A stretch of 64,000 bases of DNA from assembly GCA_964016885.1 (NCBI GenBank), contig OZ024744.1, forward strand, positions 2,108,001 through 2,172,000, in the 5' to 3' direction. Of the stretch, positions 11,201 through 24,000 are shown piece after piece; positions within the stretch are counted from its first letter, which is position 1, and every line of letters begins with the position of its first letter. The notes under the pieces were generated by a model. The model was given only the letters and a program-made list of their open reading frames with translations, did not search any database and was not told the origin of the DNA. The stretch is from Eledone cirrhosa. Lineage: Eukaryota. Made by a program: the position numbers and the translations under genes.

Positions 11201-14200
11201 CTCTACCTTGTCTTCTCCCAAAACTTCGTTCTTCACCAAGCTATCTTTCTCTACCTTGTCTTCCCTCAGAACTTCGTTCTTCACCAAGCTATCTTTCTCT
11301 ACCTTGTCTTCCCTCAAAACTTCGTTCTTCACCAAGCTATCTTTCTCTACCTTGTCTTCCCTCAAAACGTCGTTCTTCACCAAGCTATCTTTCTCTACCT
11401 TGTCTTCTCCCAAAACTTCGTTATTCACCAAGCTATCTTTCTCTACCTTGTCTTCCCCCAAAACTTCGTTCTTCACCAAGCTTTCTTTCTCTACACTGTC
11501 TTCCCCAAAACTTCGTTCTTCACCAAGCTATCTTTCTCTAACTTGTCTTCCCCCAAAACTTCGTTCTTCACCAAGCTATCTTTCTCTACCTTGTCTTCCC
11601 CCAAAACTTCGTTCTTCACCAAGCTATCTTTCTCTACCTTGTCTTCCCCCAAAGCTTCGTTCTTCACCAAGCTATCTTTCTCTACCTTGTCTTCCCACAA
11701 AACTTCGTTCTTCACCAAGCTATCTTTCTCTACCTTGTCTTCCCACAAAACGTCGTTCTTCACCAAGCTATCTTTCTCTACCTTGTCTTCCCTCAAAACT
11801 TCGTTCTTCACCAAGCTATCTTTCTCTACCTTATCTTCCCCCAAAACTTCGTTCTTCACCAAGCTATCTTTCTCTACCTTGTCTTCCCCCAAAACTTCGT
11901 TCTTCACCAAGCTATCTTTCTCTACCTTGTCTTCCCTCAAAACTTCGTTCTTCACCAAGCTATCTTTCTCGACCTTGTCTTCTCCCAAAACTTCGTTATT
12001 CACCAAGCTATCTTTCTCTACCTTGTCTTCCCACAAAACGTCGTTCTTCACCAAGCTATCTTTCTCTACCTTGTCTTCCCTCAAAACGTCGTTCTTCACC
12101 AAGCTATCTTTCTCTACCTTGTCTTCCCTCAAAACATCGTTCTTCACCAAGCTATCTTTCTCGACCTTGTCTTCTCCCAAAACTTCGTTATTCACCAAGC
12201 TATCTTTCTCTACCTTGTCTTCCCTCGAAACTTCGTTCTTCACCAAGCTATCTTTATCTACCTTGTCTTCCCACAAAACGTCATTCTTCACCAAGCTATC
12301 TTTCTCTACCTTGTCTTCCGTCAAAACTTCGTTCTTCACCAAGATATCTTTCTCTACCTTGTCTTCCCACAAAACGTCGTTCTTCACCAAGCTATCTTTC
12401 TCTACCTTGTCTTCCCTCTGAACTTCGTTCTTCACCAAGCTATCTTTCTCTACCTTGTCTTCCCCCAAAACTTCGTTCTTCACCAAGCTATCTTTCTCTA
12501 CCTTGTCTTCCCACAAAACTTCGTTCTTCACCAAGCTATCTTTCTCTACCTTGTCTTCCCCAAAAACTTCGTTCTTCACCAAGCTATCTTTCTCTACTTT
12601 GTCTTCCCCAAAACTTCGTTCTTCACCAAGCTATCTTTCTCTACCTTGTCTTCTCCCAAAACTTCGTTATTCACCAAGCTATCTTTCTCTACCTTGTCTT
12701 CCCTCAAAACTTCGTTCTTCACCAAGCTATCTTTCTCTACCTTGTCTTCCCCCAAAACTTCGTTCTTCACCAAGCTATCTTTCTCTACATTGTCTTCCCC
12801 AAAACTTCGTTCTTCACCAAGCTATCTTTCTCTACCTTGTCTTCCCCCAACACTTCGTTGTTCACCAAGCTATCTTTCTCTACATTGTCTTCCCCAAAAC
12901 TTCGTTCTTCACCAAGCTATCTTTCTCTACCTTGTCTTCCCCCAACACTTCGTTGTTCACCAAGCTATCTTTCTCTACCTTGTCTTCCCCCAAAACTTCG
13001 TTCTTCACCAAGCTATCTTTCTCTACCTTGTCTTCCCCCAAAACTTCGTTCTTCACCAAGCTATCTTTCTCTACCTTGTCTTCCCACAAAACTTCGTTCT
13101 TCACCAAGCTATCTTTCTCTACCTTGTCTTCCCACAAAACGTCGTTCTTCACCAAGCTATCTTTCTCTACCTTGTCTTCCCTCAAAACGTCGTTCTTCAC
13201 CAAGCTATCTTTCTCTACCTTGTCTTCTCCCAAAACTTCGTTATTCACCAAGCTATCTTTCTCTACCTTGTCTTCCCTCAAAACTTCGTTCTTCACCAAG
13301 CTATCTTTCTCTACCTTGTCTTCCCCCAAAACTTCGTTGTTCACCAAGCTATCTTTCTCTACCTTGTCTTCCCCCAAAACTTCGTTCTTCACCAAGCTAT
13401 CTTTCTCTACCTTGTCTTCCCCCAAAACTTCGTTCTTCACCAAGCTATCTTTCTCTACCTTGTCTTCCCACAAAACTTCGTTCTTCACCAAGCTATCTTT
13501 CTCTACCTTGTCTTCCCACAAAACGTCGTTCTTCACCAAGCTATCTTTCTCTACCTTGTCTTCCCTCAAAACTTCGTTCTTCACCAAGCTATCTTTCTCT
13601 ACCTTGTCTTCCCCCAAAACTTCGTTCTTCACCAAGCTATCTTTCTCTACCTTGTCTTCCCCCAAAACTTCCTTCTTCACCAAGCTATCTTTCTCTACCT
13701 TGTCTTCCCTCAAAACTTCGTTCTTCACCAAGCTATCTTTCTCGACCTTGTCTTCTCCCAAAACTTCGTTATTCACCAAGCTATCTTTCTCTACCTTGTC
13801 TTCCCACAAAACTTCGTTCTTCACCAAGCTATCTTTCTCTACCTTGTCTTCCCTCAAAACGTCGTTCTTCACCAAGCTATCTTTCTCTACATTGTCTTCC
13901 CCAAAACATCGTTCTTCACCAAGCTATCTTTCTCTACCTTGTCTTCCCCCAAAACTTCGTTCTTCACCAAGCTATCTTTCTCTACCTTGTCTTCCCCCAA
14001 AACTTCGTTCTTCACCAAGCTATCTTTCTCTACCTTGTCTTCCCACAAAACGTCGTTCTTCACCAAGCTATCTTTCTCTATTTTGTCTTCCCTCAAAACG
14101 TCGTTCTTCACCAAGCTATCTTTCTCTACCTTGTCTTCCCTCAAAATTTCGTTCTTCACCAAGCTATCTTTCTCGACCTTGTCTTCTCCCAAAATTCGTT

Positions 14201-14899
14201 ATTCACCAAGCTATCTTTCTCTACCTTGTCTTCCCTCAAAACTTCGTTCTTCACCAAGCTATCTTTCTCTACCTTGTCTTCCCCCAAAACTTCGTTCTTC
14301 ACCAAGCTATCTTTCTCTACCTTGTCTTCCCCCAAAATTTCGTTCTTCACCAAGCTATCTTTCTCTACCTTGTCTTCCCCCAAAACTTCGTTCTTCACCA
14401 AGTCATCTTTCTCTACCTTGTCATCCCTCAAAACTTCGTTCTTCACCAATCTATCTTTCTCTACCTTGTCTTCCCCCAAAACTACGTTCTTCACCAAGCT
14501 ATCTTTCTCTAGCTTGTCTTCACACAAAACCTCGTTCTTCACCAAGCTATCTTTCTCTACCTTGTCTTCCCACAAAACGTCATTCTTCACCAAGCTATCT
14601 TTCTCTACCTTGTCTTCTCCCAAAACTTCGTTCTTCACCAAGCTATCTTTCTCTACCTTGTCCTCCACCAAAACTTCGTTCTTCACCAAGCTATCTTTCT
14701 CTACCTTGTCTTCCCCCAAAATTTCGTTCTTCGCAAGCTATCTTTCTCTACCTTGTCTTCCGTCAAAACTTCGTTCTTCACCAAGATATCTTTCTCTACC
14801 TTGTCTTCCCACAAAACGTCGTTCTTCACCAAGCTATCTTTCTCTACCTTGTCTTCCCTCAGAACTTCGTTCTTCACCAAGCTATCTTTCTCTACCTTG

Positions 14900-17800
14900 T
14901 CTTCCCTCAAAACTTCGTTCTTCACCAAGCTATCTTTCTCTACCTTGTCTTCCCTCAAAACGTCGTTCTTCACCAAACTATCTTTCTCTACCTTGTCTTC
15001 TCCCAAAACTTCGTTATTCACCAAGCTATCTTTCTCTACCTTGTCTTCCCCCAAAACTTCGTTCTTCACCAAGCTTTCTTTCTCTACACTGTCTTCCCCA
15101 AAACTTCGTTCTTCTCCAAGCTATCTTTCTCTACCTTGTCTTCCCCCAAAACTTCGTTCTTCACCAAGCTATCTTTCTCTATTTTGTCTTCCCTCAAAAC
15201 GTCGTTCTTCACCAAGCTATCTTTCTCTACTTTGTCTTCCCTCAAAATTTCGTTCTTCACCAAGCTATCTTTCTCGACCTTGTCTTCTCCCAAAACTTCG
15301 TTATTCACCAAGCTATCTTTCTCTACCTTGTCTTCCCTCAAAACTTCGTTCTTCACCAAGCTATCTTTCTCTACCTTGTCTTCCCCCAAAACTTCGTTCT
15401 TCACCAAGCTATCTTTCTCTACCTTGTCTTCCCCCAAAATTTCGTTCTTCACCAAGCTATCTTTCTCTACCTTGTCTTCCCCCAAAACTTCGTTCTTCAC
15501 CAAGTCATCTTTCTCTACCTTGTCATCCCTCAAAACTTCGTTCTTCACCAATCTATCTTTCTCTACCTTGTCTTCCCCCAAAACTACGTTCTTCACCAAG
15601 CTATCTTTCTCTAGCTTGTCTTCACACAAAACCTCGTTCTTCACCAAGCTATCTTTCTCTACCTTGTCTTCCCACAAAACGTCATTCTTCACCAAGCTAT
15701 CTTTCTCTACCTTGTCTTCTCCCAAAACTTCGTTCTTCACCAAGTTATCTTTCTCTACCTTGTCCTCCCCCAAAACTTCGTTCTTCACCAAGCTATCTTT
15801 CTCTACCTTGTCTTCCCCCAAAATTTCGTTCTTCGCAAGCTATCTTTCTCTACCTTGTCTTCCGTCAAAACTTCGTTCTTCACCAAGATATCTTTCTCTA
15901 CCTTGTCTTCCCACAAAACGTCGTTCTTCACCAAGCTATCTTTCTCTACCTTGTCTTCCCTCAGAACTTCGTTCTTCACCAAGCTATCTTTCTCTACCTT
16001 GTCTTCCCCCAAAACTACGTTCTTCACCAAGCTATCTTTCTCTAGCTTCTCTTCACACAAAACCTCGTTCTTCACCAAGCTTTCTTTCTCTACCTTGTCT
16101 TCCCACAAAACGTCATTCTTCACCAAGCTATCTTTCTCTACCTTGTCTTCTCCCAAAACTTCGTTCTTCACCAAGCTATCTTTCTCTACCTTGTCTTCCC
16201 TCAGAACTTCGTTCTTCACCAAGCTATCTTTCTCTACCTTGTCTTCCCTCAAAACTTCGTTCTTCACCAAGCTATCTTTCTCTACCTTGTCTTCCCTCAA
16301 AACGTCGTTCTTCACCAAGCTATCTTTCTCTACCTTGTCTTCTCCCAAAACTTCGTTATTCACCAAGCTATCTTTCTCTACCTTGTCTTCCCCCAAAACT
16401 TCGTTCTTCACCAAGCTTTCTTTCTCTACACTGTCTTCCCCAAAACTTCGTTCTTCACCAAGCTATCTTTCTCTACCTTGTCTTCCCCCAAAACTTCGTT
16501 CTTCACGAAGCTATCTTTCTCTACCTTGTCTTCCCCCAAAACTTCGTTCTTCACCAAGCTATCTTTCTCTACCTTGTCTTCCCCCAAAGCTTCGTTCTTC
16601 ACCAAGCTATCTTTCTCTACCTTGTCTTCCCACAAAACTTCGTTCTTCACCAAGCTATCTTTCTCTACCTTGTCTTCCCACAAAACGTCGTTCTTCACCA
16701 AGCTATCTTTCTCTACCTTGTCTTCCCTCAAAACTTCGTTCTTCACAAAGCTATCTTTCTCTACCTTATCTTCCCCCAAAACTTCGTTCTTCACCAAGCT
16801 ATCTTTCTCTACCTTGTCTTCCCCCAAAACATCGTTCTTCACCAAGCTATCTTTCTCTACCTTGTCTTCCCTCAAAACTTCGTTCTTCACCAAGCTATCT
16901 TTCTCGACCTTGTCTTCTCCCAAAACTTCGTTATTCACCAAGCTATCTTTCTCTACCTTGTCTTCTCCCAAAACTTCGTTATTCACCAAGCTATCTTTCT
17001 CTACCTTGTCTTCCCTCAAAACTTCGTTCTTCACCAAGCTATCTTTCTCTACCTTGTCTTCCCCCAAAACTTCGTTCTTCACCAAGCTATCTTTCTCTAC
17101 CTTGTCTTCCCCCAAAACTTCGTTCTTCACCAAGCTATCTTTCTCTACCTTGTCTTCCCCCAAAACTTCGTTCTTCACCAAGTCATCTTTCTCTACCTTG
17201 TCATCCCTCTAAACTTCGTTCTTCACCAATCTATCTTTCTCTACCTTGTCTTCCCCCAAAACTACGTTCTTCACCAAGCTATTTTTCTCTAGCTTGTCTT
17301 CACACAAAACCTCGTTCTTCACCAAGCTATCTTTCTCTACCTTGTCTTCCCTCAAAACTTCGTTCTTCACCAAGCTATCTTTCTCTACCTTGTCTTCCCT
17401 CAAAACGTCGTTCTTCACCAAACTATCTTTCTCTACCTTGTCTTCTCCCAAAACTTCGTTATTCACCAAGCTATCTTTCTCTACCTTGTCTTCCCCCAAA
17501 ACTTCGTTCTTCACCAAGCTTTCTTTCTCTACACTGTCTTCCCCAAAACTTCTTTCTTCTCCAAGCTATCTTTCTCTACCTTGTCTTCCCCCAAAACTTC
17601 GTTCTTCACCAAGCTATCTTTCTCTATTTTGTCTTCCCTCAAAACGTCGTTCTTCACCAAGCTATCTTTCTCTACTTTGTCTTCCCTCAAAATTTCGTTC
17701 TTCACCAAGCTATCTTTCTCGACCTTGTCTTCTCCCAAAACTTCGTTATTCACCAAGCTATCTTTCTCTACCTTGTCTTCCCTCAAAACTTCGTTCTTCA

Positions 17801-19790
17801 CCAAGCTATCTTTCTCTACCTTGTCTTCCCCCAAAACTTCGTTCTTCACCAAGCTATCTTTCTCTACCTTGTCTTCCCCCAAAATTTCGTTCTTCACCAA
17901 GCTATCTTTCTCTACCTTGTCTTCCCCCAAAACTTCGTTCTTCACCAAGTCATCTTTCTCTACCTTGTCATCCCTCAAAACTTCGTTCTTCACCAATCTA
18001 TCTTTCTCTACCTTGTCTTCCCCCAAAACTACGTTCTTCACCAAGCTATCTTTCTCTAGCTTGTCTTCACACAAAACCTCGTTCTTCACCAAGCTATCTT
18101 TCTCTACCTTGTCTTCCCACAAAACGTCATTCTTCACCAAGCTATCTTTCTCTACCTTGTCTTCTCCCAAAACTTCGTTCTTCACCAAGCTATCTTTCTC
18201 TACCTTGTCCTCCCCCAAAACTTCGTTCTTCACCAAGCTATCTTTCTCTACCTTGTCTTCCCCCAAAATTTCGTTCTTCGCAAGCTATCTTTCTCTACCT
18301 TGTCTTCCGTCAAAACTTCGTTCTCCACCAAGATATCTTTCTCTACCTTGTCTTCCCACAAAACGTCGTTCTTCACCAAGCTATCTTTCTCTACCTTGTC
18401 TTCCCTCAGAACTTCGTTCTTCACCAAGCTATCTTTCTCTACCTTGTCTTCCCCCAAACCTACGTTCTTCACCAAGCTATCTTTCTCTAGCTTGTCTTCA
18501 CACAAAACCTCGTTCTTCACCAAGCTTTCTTTCTCTACCTTGTCTTCCCACAAAACGTCATTCTTCACCAAGCTATCTTTCTCTACCTTGTCTTCTCCCA
18601 AAACTTCGTTCTTCACCAAGCTATCTTTCTCTACCTTGTCTTCCCTCAGAACTTCGTTCTTCACCAAGCTATCTTTCTCTACCTTGTCTTCCCTCAAAAC
18701 TTCGTTCTTCACCAAGCTATCTTTCTTTACCTTGTCTTCCCTCAAAACGTCGTTCTTCACCAAGCTATCTTTCTCTACCTTGTCTTCTCCCAAAACTTCG
18801 TTATTCACCAAGCTATCTTTCTCTACCTTGTCTTCCCCCAAAACTTCGTTCTTCACCAAGCTTTCTTTCTCTACACTGTCTTCCCCAAAACTTCGTTCTT
18901 CACCAAGCTATCTTTCTCTACCTTGTCTTCCCCCAAAACTTCGTTCTTCACCAAGCTATCTTTCTCTACCTTGTCTTCCCCCAGAACTTCGTTCTTCACC
19001 AAGCTATCTTTCTCTACCTTGTCTTCCCCCAAAGCTTCGTTCTTCACCAAGCTATCTTTCTCTACCTTGTCTTCCCACAAAACTTCGTTCTTCACCAAGC
19101 TATCTTTCTCTACCTTGTCTTCCCACAAAACGTCGTTCTTCACCAAGCTATCTTTCTCTACCTTGTCTTCCCTCAAAACTTCGTTCTTCACCAAGCTATC
19201 TTTCTCTACCTTATCTTCCCCCAAAACTTCGTTCTTCACCAAGCTATCTTTCTCTACCTTGTCTTCCCCCAAAACTTCGTTCTTCACCAAGCTATCTTTC
19301 TCTACCTTGTCTTCCCTCAAAACTTCGTTCTTCACCAAGCTATCTTTCTCGACCTTGTCTTCTCCCAAAACTTCGTTATTCACCAAGCTATCTTTCTCTA
19401 CCTTGTCTTCTCCCAAAACTTCGTTATTCACCAAGCTATCTTTCTCTACCTTGTCTTCCCTCAAAACTTCGTTCTTCACCAAGCTATCTTTCTCTACCTT
19501 GTCTTCCCCCAAAACTTCGTTCTTCACCAAGCTATCTTTCTCTACCTTGTCTTCCCCCAAAACTTCGTTCTTCACCAAGCTATCTTTCTCTACCTTGTCT
19601 TCCCCCAAAACTTCGTTCTTCACCAAGTCATCTTTCTCTACCTTGTCATCCCTCTAAACTTCGTTCTTCACCAATCTATCTTTCTCTACCTTGTCTTCCC
19701 CCAAAACTACGTTCTTCACCAAGCTATTTTTCTCTAGCTTGTCTTCACACAAAACCTCGTTCTTCACCAAGCTATCTTTCTCTACCTTGT
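14900..19790. repeat. Tandem duplication, period 2,445 bp (51 monomers, three 1-bp deletions)
   Basis: ORF offsets 15084 to 17529, 15803 to 18248, 16426 to 18871 and 17209 to 19654 are all 2,445. Rare CCAAACTATC variant at ~14973 and ~17418. Confidence 0.88.
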
Positions 19791-19959
19791 CTTCCCTCAG
19801 AACTTCGTTCTTCACCAAGCTATCTTTCTCTACCTTGTCTTCCCCCAAAACTTCGTTCTTCACCAAGCTATCTTTCTCTACCTTGTCTTCCCCCAAAACT
19901 ACGTTCTTCACCAAGCTATCTTTCTCTACCTTGTCCTCCCCCAAAACTTCGTTCTTCAC

Positions 19960-21020
19960 CAAGCTATCTTTCTCTACCTTGTCTTCCCTCAGAACTTCGT
20001 TCTTCACCAAGCTATCTTTCTCTACCTTGTCTTCCCCCAAAACTTCGTTCTTCACCAAGCTATCTTTCTCTACATTGTCTTCCCCAAAACTTCGTTCTTC
20101 ACCAAGCTATCTTTCTCTACCTTGTCTTCCCCCAAAACTTCGTTCTTCACCAAGCTATCTTTCTCTACCTTGTCTTCCCCCAAAACTTCGTTCTTCACCA
20201 AGTCATCTTTCTCTACCTTGTCATCCCTCAAAACTTCGTTCTTCACCAATCTATCTTTCTCTACCTTGTCTTCCCCCAAAACTACGTTCTTCACCAAGCT
20301 ATCTTTCTCTAGCTTGTCTTCACACAAAACCTCGTTCTTCACCAAGCTATCTTTCTCTACCTTGTCTTCCCACAAAACGTCATTCTTCACCAAGCTATCT
20401 TTCTCTACCTTGTCTTCTCCCAAAACTTCGTTCTTCACCAAGCTATCTTTCTCTACCTTGTCCTCCCCCAAAACTTCGTTCTTCACCAAGCTATCTTTCT
20501 CTACCTTGTCTTCCCTCAGAACTTCGTTCTTCACCAAGCTATCTTTCTCTACCTTGTCTTCCCCCAAAACTTCGTTCTTCACCAAGCTATCTTTCTCTAC
20601 ATTGTCTTCCCCAAAACTTCGTTCTTCACCAAGCTATCTTTCTCTACCTTGTCTTCCCCCAAAACTTCGTTCTTCACCAAGCTATCTTTCTCTACCTTGT
20701 CTTCCCCCAAAACTTCGTTCTTCACCAAGTCATCTTTCTCTACCTTGTCATCCCTCAAAACTTCGTTCTTCACCAATCTATCTTTCTCTACCTTGTCTTC
20801 CCCCAAAACTACGTTCTTCACCAAGCTATCTTTCTCTAGCTTGTCTTCACACAAAACCTCGTTCTTCACCAAGCTATCTTTCTCTACCTTGTCTTCCCAC
20901 AAAACGTCATTCTTCACCAAGCTATCTTTCTCTACCTTGTCTTCTCCCAAAACTTCGTTCTTCACCAAGCTATCTTTCTCTACCTTGTCCTCCCCCAAAA
21001 CTTCGTTCTTCACCAAGCTA
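19960..21020. repeat. Short tandem duplication, period 527 bp (11 monomers, one of 47 bp)
   Basis: ORF ends 20070 to 20597 and plus-strand stops 20312 to 20839 are offset by 527, with the same ordered series of variants. Confidence 0.8.
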
Positions 21021-24000
21021 TCTTTCTCTACCTTGTCTTCCCCCAAAACTTCGTTCTTCGCAAGCTATCTTTCTCTACCTTGTTTTCCCCCAAAACTTCG
21101 TTGTTCACCAAGCTATCTTTCTCTACCTTGTCTTCCCCCAAAACTTCGTTCTTCACCAAGCTATCTTTCTCTACCTTGTCTTCCCCCAAAACTTCGTTAT
21201 TCACCAAGCTATCTTTCTCTACCTTGTCTTCCCCCAAAACTTCGTTCTTCACCAAGCTTTCTTTCTCTACACTGTCTTCCCCAAAACTTCGTTCTTCTCC
21301 AAGCTATCTTTCTCTACCTTGTCTTCCCCCAAAACTTCGTTCTTCACCAAGCTATCTTTCTCTATTTTGTCTTCCCTCAAAACGTCGTTCTTCACCAAGC
21401 TATCTTTCTCTACTTTGTCTTCCCTCAAAATTTCGTTCTTCACCAAGCTATCTTTCTCGACCTTGTCTTCTCCCAAAACTTCGTTATTCACCAAGCTATC
21501 TTTCTCTACCTTGTCTTCCCTCAAAACTTCGTTCTTCACCAAGCTATCTTTCTCTACCTTGTCTTCCCCCAAAACTTCGTTCTTCACCAAGCTATCTTTC
21601 TCTACCTTGTCTTCCCCCAAAATTTCGTTCTTCACCAAGCTATCTTTCTCTACCTTGTCTTCCCCCAAAACTTCGTTCTTCACCAAGTCATCTTTCTCTA
21701 CCTTGTCATCCCTCAAAACTTCGTTCTTCACCAATCTATCTTTCTCTACCTTGTCTTCCCCCAAAACTACGTTCTTCACCAAGCTATCTTTCTCTAGCTT
21801 GTCTTCACACAAAACCTCGTTCTTCACCAAGCTATCTTTCTCTACCTTGTCTTCCCACAAAACGTCATTCTTCACCAAGCTATCTTTCTCTACCTTGTCT
21901 TCTCCCAAAACTTCGTTCTTCACCAAGCTATCTTTCTCTACCTTGTCCTCCCCAAAACTTCGTTCTTCACCAAGCTATCTTTCTCTACCTTGTCTTCCCC
22001 CAAAATTTCGTTCTTCGCAAGCTATCTTTCTCTACCTTGTCTTCCGTCAAAACTTCGTTCTCCACCAAGATATCTTTCTCTACCTTGTCTTCCCACAAAA
22101 CGTCGTTCTTCACCAAGCTATCTTTCTCTACCTTGTCTTCCCTCAGAACTTCGTTCTTCACCAAGCTATCTTTCTCTACCTTGTCTTCCCCCAAAACTAC
22201 GTTCTTCACCAAGCTATCTTTCTCTAGCTTGTCTTCACACAAAACCTCGTTCTTCACCAAGCTTTCTTTCTCTACCTTGTCTTCCCACAAAACGTCATTC
22301 TTCACCAAGCTATCTTTCTCTACCTTGTCTTCTCCCAAAACTTCGTTCTTCACCAAGCTATCTTTCTCTACCTTGTCTTCCCTCAGAACTTCGTTCTTCA
22401 CCAAGCTATCTTTCTCTACCTTGTCTTCTCCCAAAACTTCGTTATTCACCAAGCTATCTTTCTCTACCTTGTCTTCCCCCAAAACTTCGTTCTTCACCAA
22501 GCTTTCTTTCTCTACACTGTCTTCCCAAAAACTTCGTTCTTCACCAAGCTATCTTTCTCTACCTTGTCTTCCCCCAAAACTTCGTTCTTCACCAAGCTAT
22601 CTTTCTCTACCTTGTCTTCCCCCAAAACTTCGTTCTTCACCAAGCTATCTTTCTCTACCTTGTCTTCCCCCAAAGCTTCGTTCTTCACCAAGCTATCTTT
22701 CTCTACCTTGTCTTCCCACAAAACTTCGTTCTTCACCAAGCTATCTTTCTCTACCTTGTCTTCCCACAAAACGTCGTTCTTCACCAAGCTATCTTTCTCT
22801 ACCTTGTCTTCCCTCAAAACTTCGTTCTTCACCAAGCTATCTTTCTCTACCTTATCTTCCCCCAAAACTTCGTTCTTCACCAAGCTATCTTTCTCTACCT
22901 TGTCTTCCCCCAAAACTTCGTTCTTCACCAAGCTATCTTTCTCTACCTTGTCTTCCCTCAAAACTTCGTTCTTCACCAAGCTATCTTTCTCGACCTTGTC
23001 TTCTCCCAAAACTTCGTTATTCACCAAGCTATCTTTCTCTACCTTGTCTTCTCCCAAAACTTCGTTATTCACCAAGCTATCTTTCTCTACCTTGTCTTCC
23101 CTCAAAACTTCGTTCTTCACCAAGCTATCTTTCTCTACCTTGTCTTCCCCCAAAACTTCGTTCTTCACCAAGCTATCTTTCTCTACCTTGTCTTCCCCCA
23201 AAACTTCGTTCTTCACCAAGCTATCTTTCTCTACCTTGTCTTCCCCCAAAACTTCGTTCTTCACCAAGTCATCTTTCTCTACCTTGTCATCCCTCTAAAC
23301 TTCGTTCTTCACCAATCTATCTTTCTCTACCTTGTCTTCCCCCAAAACTACGTTCTTCACCAAGCTATTTTTCTCTAGCTTGTCTTCACACAAAACCTCG
23401 TTCTTCACCAAGCTATCTTTCTCTACCTTGTCTTCCCTCAGAACTTCGTTCTTCACCAAGCTATCTTTCTCTACCTTGTCTTCCCCCAAAACTTCGTTCT
23501 TCACCAAGCTATCTTTCTCTACCTTGTCTTCCCCCAAAACTACGTTCTTCACCAAGCTATCTTTCTCTACCTTGTCCTCCCCCAAAACTTCGTTCTTCAC
23601 CAAGCTATCTTTCTCTACCTTGTCTTCCCTCAGAACTTCGTTCTTCACCAAGCTATCTTTCTCTACCTTGTCTTCCCCCAAAACTTCGTTCTTCACCAAG
23701 CTATCTTTCTCTACATTGTCTTCCCCAAAACTTCGTTCTTCACCAAGCTATCTTTCTCTACCTTGTCTTCCCCCAAAACTTCGTTCTTCACCAAGCTATC
23801 TTTCTCTACCTTGTCTTCCCCCAAAACTTCGTTCTTCACCAAGTCATCTTTCTCTACCTTGTCATCCCTCAAAACTTCGTTCTTCACCAATCTATCTTTC
23901 TCTACCTTGTCTTCCCCCAAAACTACGTTCTTCACCAAGCTATCTTTCTCTAGCTTGTCTTCACACAAAACCTCGTTCTTCACCAAGCTATCTTTCTCTA

